Source: Longimicrobiales bacterium (GTDB lineage Bacteria > Gemmatimonadota > Gemmatimonadetes > Longimicrobiales > Gaopeijiaceae). From it: a stretch of 64,000 nt of DNA. The stretch is taken from NCBI GenBank assembly GCA_041690395.1, contig JAWLHJ010000004.1, forward strand, positions 369,365 to 433,364, read 5' to 3'. The notes below the pieces were generated by a model that searched no databases, was not told the DNA's origin, and worked only from the letters and a program-made list of their open reading frames with translations. Below are positions 1 to 13,461 of the stretch, piece by piece; position 1 is the first letter of the stretch, and each line of letters opens with the position of its first letter. A program made the translations under genes and the position numbers.

Positions 1-13
1 TTGACCTCCGGCG

Positions 14-1213
14 GTGGCGGTCGGCCCTCTGCGGCGAGAGAAGACGACCTTGAGCCGGGAGGAGCCAGGGGCCCGCGTCGACGAGGCGGTGCGGCTCATG
101 GACGGCTTCGCCACCCGAACGGGCTTGACGCCGGGCCGGCCGCCCCGACGGTACTTGTGGACCGACGCGTTCGCCGTCTGCAACGACCTCGGCCTGCACC
201 GGGTCACAGGTGAGCGCCGCCACCTCGAGCGAGCCCTCGCCTTGGTCGACCAGGTGCACCGGGTGCTTGGGCGACATCGGGCGGACGACCGTCGGGAAGG
301 CTGGATCAGTGGCCTCCCGGAAGGTGAGGGATCCCTTCGCCCGACCGCCGGCGGGCTGCGCATCGGCAAGGCGCTGCCCGAGCGTGCCCCTGATGAGCCT
401 CCGGACCCACGGCGGGAGTGGGATCGTGACGGGCAGTACTACCACTATCTGACACGGTGGATGCACGCTCTGAACCGCGCCTGGCGGCCAACGGGGGACC
501 CGGCGTACCACGGGTGGGCCGTCGACCTCGCCCTAGCCGCCCACCGGGGGTTCCGGACCACCAACGGGGCTACCCGACTGTGGTGGAAGATGAGCATCGA
601 CCTGTCCCGACCGCTGGTTCGTTCCAGCGGGCACCACGATCCTCTCGACGGGCTGCTCACTACGTGCTCGCTCATGGACGGGGCACCGCAGACCCGGTCC
701 GTCGAGCCGGCGGCCTTGCATGCCGTCGCCGAGGACCTTCGGGCGATCTGCCGCGACCGATCCTGGGCGACGAACGATGCGCTGGGCGCCGGAGGCCTGC
801 TGGTGGACGCCCAGCGCTGCCACCGCTTCGGGGGCGATCTTCCCCTCTTGGATCCTCCGTTCCGGAAGGCCGTCCTCCATGACGCGGCCGTCAGCCTGGA
901 AGCCGTCGTCGCGTCCGGGCTACTCGGGCTGCCCGCGCGGGCACGACTGGCGTTTCGCGAGCTCGGTCTGGCCATCGGAGTGCGGGCTGCGGAAAGGATC
1001 CTGCGTGATCCGGCCGTCGCAGACGAGGGGAGCGCTGAAGGATCCACCAGACGGGCCCTCGCTCGATTCCGGCTCCACATCCATGCCGCAGAACGAATCG
1101 AACGCTTCTGGCTCCGCCCGGAACATCGCGCCGAGCCCGGATGGCGCGACCATGAGGACATCTCGGACGTGATGCTCGCGACGTTGCTCGAGCCCTCCGG
1201 CTACCTCGACTGA
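14..1213 (+). CDS. Conserved hypothetical protein (start uncertain)
   Basis: 399-aa ORF with protein-like composition and conserved-looking blocks RRYLWTDAFAV and DRDGQYYHYLTRWM. Convergent with atpG. Function not recognised. Confidence 0.7.
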   Translation: MAVGPLRREKTTLSREEPGARVDEAVRLMDGFATRTGLTPGRPPRRYLWTDAFAVCNDLGLHRVTGERRHLERALALVDQVHRVLGRHRADDRREGWISGLPEGEGSLRPTAGGLRIGKALPERAPDEPPDPRREWDRDGQYYHYLTRWMHALNRAWRPTGDPAYHGWAVDLALAAHRGFRTTNGATRLWWKMSIDLSRPLVRSSGHHDPLDGLLTTCSLMDGAPQTRSVEPAALHAVAEDLRAICRDRSWATNDALGAGGLLVDAQRCHRFGGDLPLLDPPFRKAVLHDAAVSLEAVVASGLLGLPARARLAFRELGLAIGVRAAERILRDPAVADEGSAEGSTRRALARFRLHIHAAERIERFWLRPEHRAEPGWRDHEDISDVMLATLLEPSGYLD

Positions 1214-1309
1214 CCGCGACGGTATCGACCCCGGTCCCACCCGTGGCCACACCTAGTATCAGTCGCCGGCACCCGCTCGGGGACGGCGACGTAGGTGCCC
1301 CGTGACCGA

Positions 1310-2293
1310 TTACCGGCCGGGCGGACGGCGGTCTGAGGCGGTCGATATCCTGATGCTCGGGTCCACCGGGACGGCCGCCTCGTGAGACTCGTCCCGGGCG
1401 GCCTCTTCTTCTTCCTCCTCCGATGCCAGGAATCCCGTCACGAGATCCAGGAGCTCCTCGGTGATCTTCTGCTGGCGCTGCTGATTGAAGCGGCCACGGA
1501 GCTCGTCGATGCGCTCCTCGATCCGTCGCTCCGCGGCCTCCATGGACGCCAGGCGACTGGCGTTCTCGGCAGCCTGTGACCGGGCGGCGGCGGAGAAGAG
1601 AGAGATGAAGAGGTGCTCCCGCACGAGCTCGGAGAAGAGGCGCTCCCAGGAGACGCGGAACCGGGGCAGCACGGGGCTGGGCCAGGGACGCTTCTCCAGC
1701 CCGGACAGCCATGCTTCGTTGAGAGGGAGCAGGTGGACCATGTGCGGCCGGTACGTCGCCCCGGAGTGGTAGTGGTTGTAGAAGAGATAGAGTCGTTCCA
1801 CCCGGCGTCGGGCGCGCAACTCCTCGATGGCCAGGAGAAGCTCCTGGACGGTCTGGACGACGGCCTCGATGGAGTCGGGCGCCGCGAAGGTGTCCGAGAC
1901 CCGCGCCCCGGCCCCCTTCAGCGCCCCCTCGACCCTGGAACCTACGGCCAGCACGAAGCGGTCCTCGGGCTCGGGGTGGAGCTCGTCGAGGTGCTGCAGG
2001 GCGTACTCGGTGATCCGGATGTTGAAGCGGCCCGCGAGCCCCATGTCCGAGCCGAACACCACCGCTCCCGCCCGGGAGCCTACGTCCTCGTCGGTGAGAC
2101 GGACCCCCGAGGGTCGTTGGGTGAGGGCCACCTGGAGCGCCAGCTCCACCGTCCGACCGTACCGCTCCAGGGATTCCACGGCCTTGCGGCTGTGCCGGAT
2201 GCGCACGGCGGAGAGGGCCTTCATGGCGCGGCTGATGGAGTGGAGATCCCGAGCGCTGTGGAGCTGTCGGCCCACCTGATCGATGGTCAGCAC
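1310..2293 (-). CDS. atpG: N-ATPase gamma subunit
   Basis: N-term SISRAMKALSAVR, GSDMGLAGRFN, C-term AENASRLASMEAAE...RQQKITEELLDL. Last gene of the operon. Confidence 0.95.
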   Translation of the reverse strand: MLTIDQVGRQLHSARDLHSISRAMKALSAVRIRHSRKAVESLERYGRTVELALQVALTQRPSGVRLTDEDVGSRAGAVVFGSDMGLAGRFNIRITEYALQHLDELHPEPEDRFVLAVGSRVEGALKGAGARVSDTFAAPDSIEAVVQTVQELLLAIEELRARRRVERLYLFYNHYHSGATYRPHMVHLLPLNEAWLSGLEKRPWPSPVLPRFRVSWERLFSELVREHLFISLFSAAARSQAAENASRLASMEAAERRIEERIDELRGRFNQQRQQKITEELLDLVTGFLASEEEEEEAARDESHEAAVPVDPSIRISTASDRRPPGR

Positions 2294-2297
2294 CCTG

Positions 2298-3851
2298 TCA
2301 CTCTCCGCTCTCCAGGGCCTCTGCGGCCTCGCGTGTCATGGCGGCGCGGTCGTCGTCGGAGAGCTTCTCCCCGTCGAGGATCCGGCGCCGGACCTCGGGA
2401 AGCCGTTGTTGGACCCGCTCCAGGACCCGTTCCTGGGCTCCCTCCATGTCGTCGAGGGGCACCTCGTCGAACAGTCCCTCCGTGGCCGCGAGCAGCACGG
2501 AGATCTGCTGGGCCACGTCCATGGCGGCGTTCTCCTTCTGCTTGAGGACCTCCCGCACCCGTCGTCCCCGTTCCAGGCTCTGGCGGGTATCCTCGTCCAG
2601 CTGGGCGGCGAACCGCGAGAACACCTCCAACTCCTCGAACTGCGCGTAGGCGAGCTTCAGGTCCCGGACCACCGCCCGGTAGGCGGCGAGCTGCGCGTTC
2701 CCGCCCACCCTCGAGACGGAGCGCCCCACATCCACGGCGGGCAGCACCCCCTTCTGGAAGAGGCCGGGAGAAACGTAGATCTGTCCGTCGGTGATGGAGA
2801 CCAGGTTGGTGGGGATATAGGCGGAGAGGTTCCCTGCCTGGGTCTCCACCACGGGGAGGGCGGTGAGGGAGCCGCCGCCATATTCGTCCCTGAAGCGGGT
2901 CGAGCGCTCGAGGAGGCGAGCGTGCACGTAGAAGATGTCCCCCGGATAACCCTCCCGGCCCGGCGGACGCCGGAGCAGGAGGGAGAGCTCGCGATACGCC
3001 CGGGCGTGCTTGGTGAGGTCGTCGTAGACCACGAGCACGTCCCGGCCCTCTTCCATGAAGTGCTCGGCCATGGCCGTGGCGGCGTACGGGGCCATGAACT
3101 GAAGCCCCGGCGGATCCTCTCCGGACGCCACCACCACCACCGTGTGGGCGAGGGCGTCATGCGCCTTCAACTCGTCCACGACGCGTGCCACCGCGGCCCC
3201 TCGCTGACCGATGGCGCAATACACGCACACGACATCGGTGTCCCGTTGGTTGATGATGGTGTCCGTGGCGATGGCCGTCTTGCCCGTCTGACGGTCCCCG
3301 AGGATGAGCTCCCGCTGACCACGTCCGATAGGGACGAGGGCGTCCACGACCTTGATCCCCGTCTGGAGGGGGACGCGCACCGGCCCGCGCTTCATGATGG
3401 CGGGTGCGGGAGACTCCGCGTCACGCCAACGCGACGCCTGGGGCTCCGGACCTCCGTCCAGCGGGCGGCCCAGCGGGTTCACCACCCGGCCCAGGAGATC
3501 GTCCCCGGTGGGGACGCGAAGGGGCCGGCCCGTGCCCCGCGCTTCGGCACCGGCTTCGACCTTCTCTTCGTCCCCCAGCAGGATGAGGCCCACCTCGTGG
3601 GGATCGAGGTTGAAGGCGATCCCCAGGACGCCGCCCTGGATACGAACGACCTCGTCGGTGGTGATGCTCGAGAGGCCGTCCACCCGTGCGGTGCCCTTGC
3701 CCACGGAACGCACGACGCCGACCTCGTGCACATCGAGCTCCGGGGCGTGGTCTTCTCTGGCCCGTGCCAGCTCCCGGGCCACGTTCTCGACCTCGGCCCG
3801 CAGGTCCGGGGGACCGGACGCCAGCGGGCGATCCTCCGTCGCTTCCGTCAT
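2298..3851 (-). CDS. atpA: N-ATPase alpha subunit
   Basis: Walker [39 protein letters not shown] at 3851 overlaps the atpF stop (ATGA). Confidence 0.97.
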   Translation of the reverse strand: MTEATEDRPLASGPPDLRAEVENVARELARAREDHAPELDVHEVGVVRSVGKGTARVDGLSSITTDEVVRIQGGVLGIAFNLDPHEVGLILLGDEEKVEAGAEARGTGRPLRVPTGDDLLGRVVNPLGRPLDGGPEPQASRWRDAESPAPAIMKRGPVRVPLQTGIKVVDALVPIGRGQRELILGDRQTGKTAIATDTIINQRDTDVVCVYCAIGQRGAAVARVVDELKAHDALAHTVVVVASGEDPPGLQFMAPYAATAMAEHFMEEGRDVLVVYDDLTKHARAYRELSLLLRRPPGREGYPGDIFYVHARLLERSTRFRDEYGGGSLTALPVVETQAGNLSAYIPTNLVSITDGQIYVSPGLFQKGVLPAVDVGRSVSRVGGNAQLAAYRAVVRDLKLAYAQFEELEVFSRFAAQLDEDTRQSLERGRRVREVLKQKENAAMDVAQQISVLLAATEGLFDEVPLDDMEGAQERVLERVQQRLPEVRRRILDGEKLSDDDRAAMTREAAEALESGE

Positions 3852-4612
3852 CGCCCCTCGGCTTCCAGGAGGCGGCTCGTCCGGGCTTCCAGGCCGTCGA
3901 GGTAGCTGCCCACGCTCCATCCCACCTTGCGGTCTCCCGCACGCATCTCGATGCCCAGGGCGAGATCGGGATCTTCTTCGAAGTGGAGGTCCACGTCCGA
4001 TTCCGCCCACGCCCGCACCGTATCCTCGATCTCACCGCGGTGCTCGGACGGGACGGCAAACGCGGTGCGGATACCCAACCGCCCGGAGGCCTCGGCGAGG
4101 GCGGTGAGGAACTCGTCTCGGGCCTCTTCCTTCATGCCCTCCATCCGTTGCAGGAAGACCCGGATGACCCGGCCTTCCAGCTCCACGTCGGCCAGGTCCC
4201 GGAGCGCCTGGGCGGCCACGTGCACCGTCTCTTCTCCCATGCGCCGTCTCAGCTCCTGGAGGAAGCTTTCCTGCTGCCGTCGCAGGGACTCCTTCCAGTC
4301 CTGCTTCACCCGGTCCGCGTGGGCGCGCACCTCCTCGGTGAGCTCCTGGCGGCGCTCGTCGGCCTCCCGCTCCGCCTCTTCCAGCAAGCGGTCCCGACTG
4401 GACTCCAGCTCGGCTCGCTCTTCGCGCAGGGCGCGTGCATCGGCCTCGGCCTTCTCCTCCTTCCGTCGGGCGTCGTCGAGCTGATCCCGGATCCCCTCCT
4501 CCCGTCGAGCGATGGCGTCGAGGACGGGACGGTAGAGGAAGCGCTTCAGGAGAAAGAGGAGGATGACGAAGTTCAGGATCTGCGCGACGAACGTGAACCA
4601 GTCGATCCCCAT
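3848..4612 (-). CDS. atpF: N-ATPase b subunit with delta-like C-terminal extension
   Basis: [29 protein letters not shown] anchor, coiled coil, C-term [20 protein letters not shown]. No separate atpH in the operon. Confidence 0.93.
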   Translation of the reverse strand: MGIDWFTFVAQILNFVILLFLLKRFLYRPVLDAIARREEGIRDQLDDARRKEEKAEADARALREERAELESSRDRLLEEAEREADERRQELTEEVRAHADRVKQDWKESLRRQQESFLQELRRRMGEETVHVAAQALRDLADVELEGRVIRVFLQRMEGMKEEARDEFLTALAEASGRLGIRTAFAVPSEHRGEIEDTVRAWAESDVDLHFEEDPDLALGIEMRAGDRKVGWSVGSYLDGLEARTSRLLEAEGR

Positions 4613-4615
4613 GGA

Positions 4616-4891
4616 TCAGCCTCCCGCCTGGATCACTTGCGTCCAGAACGGGTTGGCGAAGATCAGGATGAGCGAGACCACCAGGCAGTAGATGGCCGTG
4701 GACTCCACCATGGCCATGCCGACGAACAGGGTGCGGGTGATGGTGTTCGCCATGTCCGGCTGCTGGGCAATGGAATCGAGGGCCTGAGCCAGGGCGCGGG
4801 CTTCACCCAGCGCAGGCCCGATACTCCCGATGGCGATGGTCAGGCCCGCGATGGCGATGGAGACGGCGGCGATGAGCTCCATGCTTTCCAT
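4616..4891 (-). CDS. atpE: N-ATPase c subunit with Na+-type ligand set
   Basis: Hairpin proteolipid with GPALGE, the AQQP loop and the ESTAIY motif. Confidence 0.96.
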   Translation of the reverse strand: MESMELIAAVSIAIAGLTIAIGSIGPALGEARALAQALDSIAQQPDMANTITRTLFVGMAMVESTAIYCLVVSLILIFANPFWTQVIQAGG

Positions 4892-4930
4892 GTGTTCTCC
4901 TTGGTCTGGACGGTGGATCCGGGGTGGGGC

Positions 4931-5611
4931 TCAATCTTCCTCCGGCCGCACCGTGCGTGCACCCGAGGCGATGTAGACGAGGGCGAGGATGGCGAAGACA
5001 TACGCCTGGATCATCCCGATGAGCAGCCCGAAGGCTTCGAGGACAGCCGGAAAGATGAACGGCGCTACCGTGAGGAGGATGGCCACGATGACCTTCCCGC
5101 TCATGAGGTTGCCGAAGAGTCGGACGGCCAGGGCGAGGGTGCGGGACAGCTCCCCGATGATGTGGAAGGGGGCCATGAAGAAGCTGGGCTGCACGTACCG
5201 CCTGAGGTACCTACCCACACCTTCGTGGGCGATGCCGAAGAGGGGTACCGCAACGAACACGCATGTGGCCAGCGCTGCGGCAGTGGACAGGGAGGCGGCC
5301 ACGACCTGGACTCCGGGAATGGCGCCCAGGAGCGTCGAGACCGCGATGAAGAGGAAGAGGGTGCCGACAAAGGGCAGGTACCGGTCCGGGTCCTCGGGCA
5401 CGGCTTCGTCGATCTGCTTGCGGATCTGCAACACCACGATCTCCAGGATGGCCTGGCCCCGGCCGATCTCCGCCCCCGTGCCGAGAGCCCGGGTGATGAG
5501 CCAGGATCCGGCCACCATGACCAGCATGGTGAGCCATGTGAAGACGAGAGTCGCGTTGACGGTCACGAACCGCCACTGCCAGTAGACCAGCCCATCGGGC
5601 GTCAGCTCCAT
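4931..5611 (-). CDS. atpB: N-ATPase a subunit
   Basis: ELSRTLALAVRLFGNLMSG and GMIQAYVFAILALVYI. ATG at 5611. Confidence 0.96.
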   Translation of the reverse strand: MELTPDGLVYWQWRFVTVNATLVFTWLTMLVMVAGSWLITRALGTGAEIGRGQAILEIVVLQIRKQIDEAVPEDPDRYLPFVGTLFLFIAVSTLLGAIPGVQVVAASLSTAAALATCVFVAVPLFGIAHEGVGRYLRRYVQPSFFMAPFHIIGELSRTLALAVRLFGNLMSGKVIVAILLTVAPFIFPAVLEAFGLLIGMIQAYVFAILALVYIASGARTVRPEED

Positions 5612-5880
5612 GGCGCCTCCATGCCGGCGCGAATCTGCCGCATCACGACGTAGCGCATGGTCACGAAGCCCAGCAGCGCCGCGAGAAGCGCCGGAAGCTC
5701 GCCGAGGCGGAGGATGCCGTAGAACCCGGCGGCGGCCAGCGCCAGGCGGGCGACGTAGCTCACCAACAGGAGGCTCCCCGGGGATCTCGCGTCGGGTATG
5801 CGTCGCACCGTGGCCCACAGGGCGCCGAAATACACCAACCCCACGGCGAGTCCACCGGCCACTCCGAAGATCACGGGCAT
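5602..5880 (-). CDS. atpR: N-ATPase AtpR subunit
   Basis: Small hydrophobic protein (GLVYFGALWATVRR...SYVARL) at the atpR position between atpQ and atpB. Confidence 0.85.
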   Translation of the reverse strand: MPVIFGVAGGLAVGLVYFGALWATVRRIPDARSPGSLLLVSYVARLALAAAGFYGILRLGELPALLAALLGFVTMRYVVMRQIRAGMEAPWS

Positions 5881-6204
5881 CACCGGCCGTCCTCCAACTC
5901 CCGGGAGATCCAGAACCACGCGTTGAGGCATCCCACGAAGACCCCCACCACCAGGCCGGTGAGGGTCCACGAGATGTCTCCCCCGACGTCCGTGCGGGCG
6001 TCGAGCCAGATCCCCACCGCGATCCCCAGCACCGTCGGGATGGCCACCGACCAGCCCACGACCCCCATCATGCCCAGGCCGAACCAGATTCCCCGGTCGC
6101 CCTCCGTACGCGCCCGGAGCTTCCGCGACGCCTTCCGGGCCAACTCGTCTTCGTAGGCCTGCCGGCGGGCCTGATCGTCACCGGGGCCGTGCCCTTCGTC
6201 GCGC

Positions 6205-6212
<8 letters not shown>
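5880..6212 (-). CDS. atpQ: AtpQ (AtpZ/AtpI family) protein
   Basis: RKLRAR...IWFGLGMMGVVGWSVAIPT...GIWLD...GCLNAWFWI. GTG start overlaps the end of atpC. Confidence 0.88.
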
Positions 6213-9117
<2,905 letters not shown>

Positions 9118-9237
9118 CGCTCGTGCTCACCCTGCTTCCACTGGTTGTCCGCCCGGACGGCGGGACGTCAAGGCCATCGCTGGACCGTGGCGACCCAAGG
9201 GCCGCCGGCATGCCGCCAGGGTGCCGGCGGTCGCGTT

Positions 9238-9744
9238 TCACCGCACTTCAGCCCCCCGATGCGGACGTGACGGCGATTCCCCCTCCCGGACGTACATGAT
9301 GTAGTCCGTGTTGACCGGCTCGCCGCGGCCGCGCCGAACGGCCGCGGCGATCTGGCCCCGGTGGTAGCTGCCGTGCATCGCGACGTGGAGCAGGATGTCG
9401 CCGAGCTCCGTCTGGAACGCGACGCCCTGGCTATTCCGGTACTCGACGACGCGGCTCAGCTCGTCTTCGGCAACGCCTTCGAGGAGTCGCTCGTAGCCCG
9501 CGCGGGTCTCACGCACGACTGCGACCGCGTCGTCGAGCGACCAATCCGGCCAGATGGGTACGCTCGAGGCGTCGCCGCCCATGGCCCGGAGCAGCCACAC
9601 GCGCTCGGCGGCTGCGAGGTGCGCGAACAATCGGGCGATCTCCCGCCCGGCGTCCGCGTCGACGTCGAGGTCCTCCAGAAGGACGACCAGCCGGTCATTC
9701 GCCCAGGCCATGTGGCGGAACAGACGTTGGATGTGCTCGGTCAT
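9238..9744 (-). CDS. DinB family protein
   Basis: HMAWANDRL, HLAAAERVWL, LLHVAMHGSYHRGQ. ATG 9744 overlaps the upstream stop. Confidence 0.9.
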   Translation of the reverse strand: MTEHIQRLFRHMAWANDRLVVLLEDLDVDADAGREIARLFAHLAAAERVWLLRAMGGDASSVPIWPDWSLDDAVAVVRETRAGYERLLEGVAEDELSRVVEYRNSQGVAFQTELGDILLHVAMHGSYHRGQIAAAVRRGRGEPVNTDYIMYVREGESPSRPHRGAEVR

Positions 9745-10298
9745 CGCGAGGCTTCCTCCTGGTGAGTGGTCGTGGGGTCGGCGGGCCCGGCGGGCGAGTC
9801 GGCGACGGAGTTCTCCCGGACCTGCTCCGAGGTCAACCCGAACATCGGCGGGGCGGACGCTCCGATCAGGCCGAGCATGAGGTAGAGCTGGCCACGGTGG
9901 TGTACCTCGTGCTCCACCATCGCGCGGAGCCATTTCCAGGTGGTGAGGGTCACCCCGGCCGGGGTGCCGCACTTCCGCCGGAGCGCGTCGGCGTCGAGCC
10001 CCCGGAAGATCTCCATGGCCTCGGCATGACGCGCCTCGAAGTACGCCCTCACGGCGTCCGGCCCGTCCGCAAGCTCGGGCCCGTGCCCGGGATAGGAAGA
10101 CGGGCGGCCGGCCACGTTCTCGGCGAACATGTAGCGCTCGATCGCGGCCACGTGGCGGACGAGATCGGCGAAGCTGAAGCGGCCGGGCGCCGGCCGCCAA
10201 TCCATGTGCTCGTCGGGTATGCGGGTCACCACGCGGCGCGTCCGGTCCCGAATGCCCTCGTAGTACTCGAGGAACACGTCGACGGAAGGAATCTCCAC
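9741..10298 (-). CDS. DinB family protein
   Basis: DLVRHVAAIERY and MVEHEVHHRGQLY. GTG start at 10298. Confidence 0.9.
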   Translation of the reverse strand: MEIPSVDVFLEYYEGIRDRTRRVVTRIPDEHMDWRPAPGRFSFADLVRHVAAIERYMFAENVAGRPSSYPGHGPELADGPDAVRAYFEARHAEAMEIFRGLDADALRRKCGTPAGVTLTTWKWLRAMVEHEVHHRGQLYLMLGLIGASAPPMFGLTSEQVRENSVADSPAGPADPTTTHQEEASR

Positions 10299-10299
10299 G

Positions 10300-11232
10300 T
10301 CAATCTCCGGTTCTGGCTTCGAGAGCGTGGACGACGGCCGCCATGTCGGCCCCGCCGAGTCCGAGGACGGCGGTCTCACGGTACAGCGCGTGGCACGCAT
10401 CGAGAAGCGGCGTTTCGATGCCGGCGGCGCGGGCGGCCGCGGCGATCAGGTCGTTGTTCTTCAGGACGTCCGCGATGGCCGCCTGGGCATCGAAATCCCG
10501 CGCGACGAGCTTCTCCGCCTTCACCCGCGATACCTCGCTCGCCATCGGGCTCGCGTTCACCAGGGCCAGGAAGACGTCGAGATCGAGCCCCTGACGCTCG
10601 GCGAAGTGCATGGACTCCGCCAGCCCGGTGACCATCGTGATCAGGAAGACGTTGACGGCGAGCTTCATGGTCAGCGCGCTGGGCACCGGGCCGCATTCGA
10701 TCACCGCCTTCCCGACGGGCGCGAGAAGAGGGCGCAGTTCCCCGACGTCCCGGGGATCCCCGGCAGCCATCACCACCAGACGACCCTTCTCCGCCGGGTC
10801 TCTCGATCCGGAGACAGGGGCCTCCACGTAGGAGCCGCCCGCCGCGTCGATCTCGTCGCCCAGCCGTCGCGAATACTCGGGCGAGGTCGTGCCCATGTGC
10901 ACGATCAGGTGCCCGCCCACCCGCCGGTCGAAGTCGGCGCGCCCACGGCCCAGGACGGCGTCGATGGCCGCACCGTCCGCCAGCATCAGGAGCACGACGC
11001 GCGCTCGGGCGAAGATCTCGTCGACGTTCTCCACGATGCTCGCGCCGTCCTCCACGAGCGGTGCGCATCGCTCGGGCGACCGGTTCCACACCACCAGCGG
11101 CGTTCCCGCGCGGGCCAGGTTGCGGGCCATCGGAAAGCCCATGAGCCCCGTGCCGATGAAGCCTGTCTCCCTCGCCGAACGGCTCACCGTCCCCTTGCTC
11201 ATGCTCCCGTCGCTCACGTTCCCCTCGCTCAC
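10300..11232 (-). CDS. NAD(P)-dependent oxidoreductase, 3-hydroxyisobutyrate dehydrogenase family
   Basis: [16 protein letters not shown]ossmann motif, EAPVSGS, MKLAVN. Four possible starts between 11232 and 11187. Confidence 0.92.
   Translation of the reverse strand: MSEGNVSDGSMSKGTVSRSARETGFIGTGLMGFPMARNLARAGTPLVVWNRSPERCAPLVEDGASIVENVDEIFARARVVLLMLADGAAIDAVLGRGRADFDRRVGGHLIVHMGTTSPEYSRRLGDEIDAAGGSYVEAPVSGSRDPAEKGRLVVMAAGDPRDVGELRPLLAPVGKAVIECGPVPSALTMKLAVNVFLITMVTGLAESMHFAERQGLDLDVFLALVNASPMASEVSRVKAEKLVARDFDAQAAIADVLKNNDLIAAAARAAGIETPLLDACHALYRETAVLGLGGADMAAVVHALEARTGD
11182..11232 (-). repeat. Degenerate 15-bp tandem repeat at the gene junction
   Basis: Minus strand reads GTGAGCGAGGGGAAC / GTGAGCGACGGGAGC / ATGAGCAAGGGGACG / GTGAGC. 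Confidence 0.7.
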
Positions 11233-12428
11233 GTGCGGGGCGCGCCAGTGCCGGCACGCTCGGCGGTCCGGCCGACCTCGCCCTGCAACGCAGCCAGCCC
11301 CGCCGAAGCCGCGAGCACGAGCGCGGACAGCGCGAAGCCGCTCGACAGGCTGCCGGTGACGTCCGCCACCGCTCCGGACACCACCGGCCCCAGCGTCTGT
11401 CCCACGGAGAAGGCCACCGTGAAGAGTGCGATACCGGCCGACCACGCCCGCTCGTCCAGCGCGCGACGAAGGATGTCCGTAATGACCGACACGACACTCA
11501 GGAAGCTCCCGCCGAACAGGACCGCGGACATCGCCACGCCCGCCGGACCGGTGGAGACCAGCGGAACGGCAGCGCCCAGCGTCAGGGCCGACAGGCGGAT
11601 CGCCAGGGCGCGCCCGGGCGCCACGCCCACGAAGAGGCGAGGCCAGACGAACCCCGAGGCCAAGGTGCTCGCACCGAGCAGGATCCAGAACGCGCTCATG
11701 CCCCACGCGCCCCAGGCCCGCTCCCCCAGGAAAGCGATCACGAACGTCATGTAGGTGATGTAGCCGAGCCCGAAGAGGAAGTACGACGCCAACGACGGGG
11801 TGAGCGTGACGCGCATGAACGGCTCGCGTACGCCACCCTCCTTCGGCGCGGGGACGCCCGCCAGGCCCAGGGATACTCGCCTGGCCATCGGATAGACGAG
11901 GACGCCGACGACACCCATCCCGACCCAGGTCTGAGCCCAGTACCCCGGTGTGTTCTCGAGCAGCACCGGTAGCCCCAACCCCATGGCGAGAATGCCCACG
12001 CCGACGCCCCCGAAGTACGTGCCCAGCAGGAGTCCGCTGGAGGACTCACCGACCGTCCCTACGAGTCGGGCCGCGAGCGTCGCCCCGGCGATGAGCGCCA
12101 CGGCGCCCGCGACGCCCGCCGCGGTCCGCAGCGCGAGCAGGAGCCAGAAGTGCGTGGTGAGGCCGGAAAACACCATGCTCCCGGCGGCCACGAGGATGGA
12201 AGCACGAAACGAGGCCGCCACGCCGAAGCTCCGGACGACCGGCGCGGTGACGAGCGCACCAGCCAGATATCCGAAGGAATTCGCGGTGTTCATGGAGCCG
12301 GCCTCGGTATAGCTCCACCCGAGATCCACCTGCATCGCGGGCAGCAGCACCGCGTAGCCGAAGCGTGCCAGACCGATCCCGACGGCCGGGCCGATGGAGA
12401 GAGCGAGGGCACGAGCGACCGGATGCAC
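11229..12428 (-). CDS. YbfB/YjiJ-like MFS transporter
   Basis: [50 protein letters not shown], about 12 TM segments. Confidence 0.9.
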   Translation of the reverse strand: MHPVARALALSIGPAVGIGLARFGYAVLLPAMQVDLGWSYTEAGSMNTANSFGYLAGALVTAPVVRSFGVAASFRASILVAAGSMVFSGLTTHFWLLLALRTAAGVAGAVALIAGATLAARLVGTVGESSSGLLLGTYFGGVGVGILAMGLGLPVLLENTPGYWAQTWVGMGVVGVLVYPMARRVSLGLAGVPAPKEGGVREPFMRVTLTPSLASYFLFGLGYITYMTFVIAFLGERAWGAWGMSAFWILLGASTLASGFVWPRLFVGVAPGRALAIRLSALTLGAAVPLVSTGPAGVAMSAVLFGGSFLSVVSVITDILRRALDERAWSAGIALFTVAFSVGQTLGPVVSGAVADVTGSLSSGFALSALVLAASAGLAALQGEVGRTAERAGTGAPRT

Positions 12429-12430
12429 GG

Positions 12431-13378
12431 CTACGGCGCCGTGCGGACCGGTGCGCGCACACCCGCCCGCCCCCACCGCCGAGGCATGGTGATCAACGCC
12501 ACACCAGCGATCGTGACGGCCATGGCCCCGAGCATCCAGCCGTCGAGGGGCTCCCCGGCGAACAGCCATCCCAGGAAGACGGCGATGGCCGGGTTCACGT
12601 AGGCATACGTCGACACGACGGCCGGCGTCGTAGCCCGCAGCAGCCAGACGTAGGCGCCGTACCCCACCCAGGCGCCGAAGACGATCAGATACACGAGGGC
12701 GAGGAACGACTGACGGGTGACCGAGGCCAGGTCGACGCGGCCGGGCTCCCCGGTGGCCGCGCCGACGGCGAGGAGCAGCGCTCCCCCTGCGATCATCTGC
12801 ATGGCGGTGAGCTGGAGCGCCGAGGCCGGCGTGTCGAGGGAGCGGGAAAGGATGGACCCGAACGCCCAGGAGAGCGCGGCACCGACGAGCACGGCCGCGC
12901 CCAACAGGTCGACGCGCGCCGCGCTGACCTCCGACTGCCCAGCTGCCACCAGGAGCCCCATACCCAGGAGACCCAGGGCGAGTCCGAGGGTGACGCGGAG
13001 GGTAGGCCGGGGTCCCCCGGGCCGCAGCCAGTCGAAGACGACCATCCACACGGGAACCGTCGCCACGATCAGCGCCGCGATCCCCGACGGCACCCGTTGC
13101 TCCGCCCACGTGACGCCGCCGTTTCCGCCGCCCAGGAGCAACGCGCCGACGATGGCCGACGAGATCCAATGCGCGCGCGTGGGCGCCGGAGCTCCGCGCC
13201 CACGGACGAACGCGTACAACAACCACCCGGCCACGGTGAAGCGCACCCCGGCCATGGTGAACGGCGGGATGGTCGCGATGGCGAAGTGGATGGCCAGGTA
13301 GGTCGAGCCCCACACCACGTAGACAGCCCCCAGCGCCAGGGCGATGGAGAGGACCGGGGGCTTGGCGTCGTCGTGCAT
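12431..13378 (-). CDS. EamA/DMT family transporter (YedA-like)
   Basis: VYVVWGSTYLAI and STYAYVNPAIAVFLG; 10-TM pattern. Confidence 0.92.
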   Translation of the reverse strand: MHDDAKPPVLSIALALGAVYVVWGSTYLAIHFAIATIPPFTMAGVRFTVAGWLLYAFVRGRGAPAPTRAHWISSAIVGALLLGGGNGGVTWAEQRVPSGIAALIVATVPVWMVVFDWLRPGGPRPTLRVTLGLALGLLGMGLLVAAGQSEVSAARVDLLGAAVLVGAALSWAFGSILSRSLDTPASALQLTAMQMIAGGALLLAVGAATGEPGRVDLASVTRQSFLALVYLIVFGAWVGYGAYVWLLRATTPAVVSTYAYVNPAIAVFLGWLFAGEPLDGWMLGAMAVTIAGVALITMPRRWGRAGVRAPVRTAP

Positions 13379-13461
13379 GGGGCGGCATCCGGGGAGGGCG
13401 CTTGTCGCGGTTCGGTCTCTGAAGCTATGCTCTCATTGCGACCACAACAGATACACATCGC

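Noticed and set aside
2283..5653. Long plus-strand ORFs antisense to the atp genes (similar ones lie opposite pilB and sprA)
   Set aside because: Typical high-GC antisense shadows with no motifs.
12429..13388. 719-aa MFS with a long N-terminal extension
   Set aside because: The extension is an alternate frame of the EamA gene.
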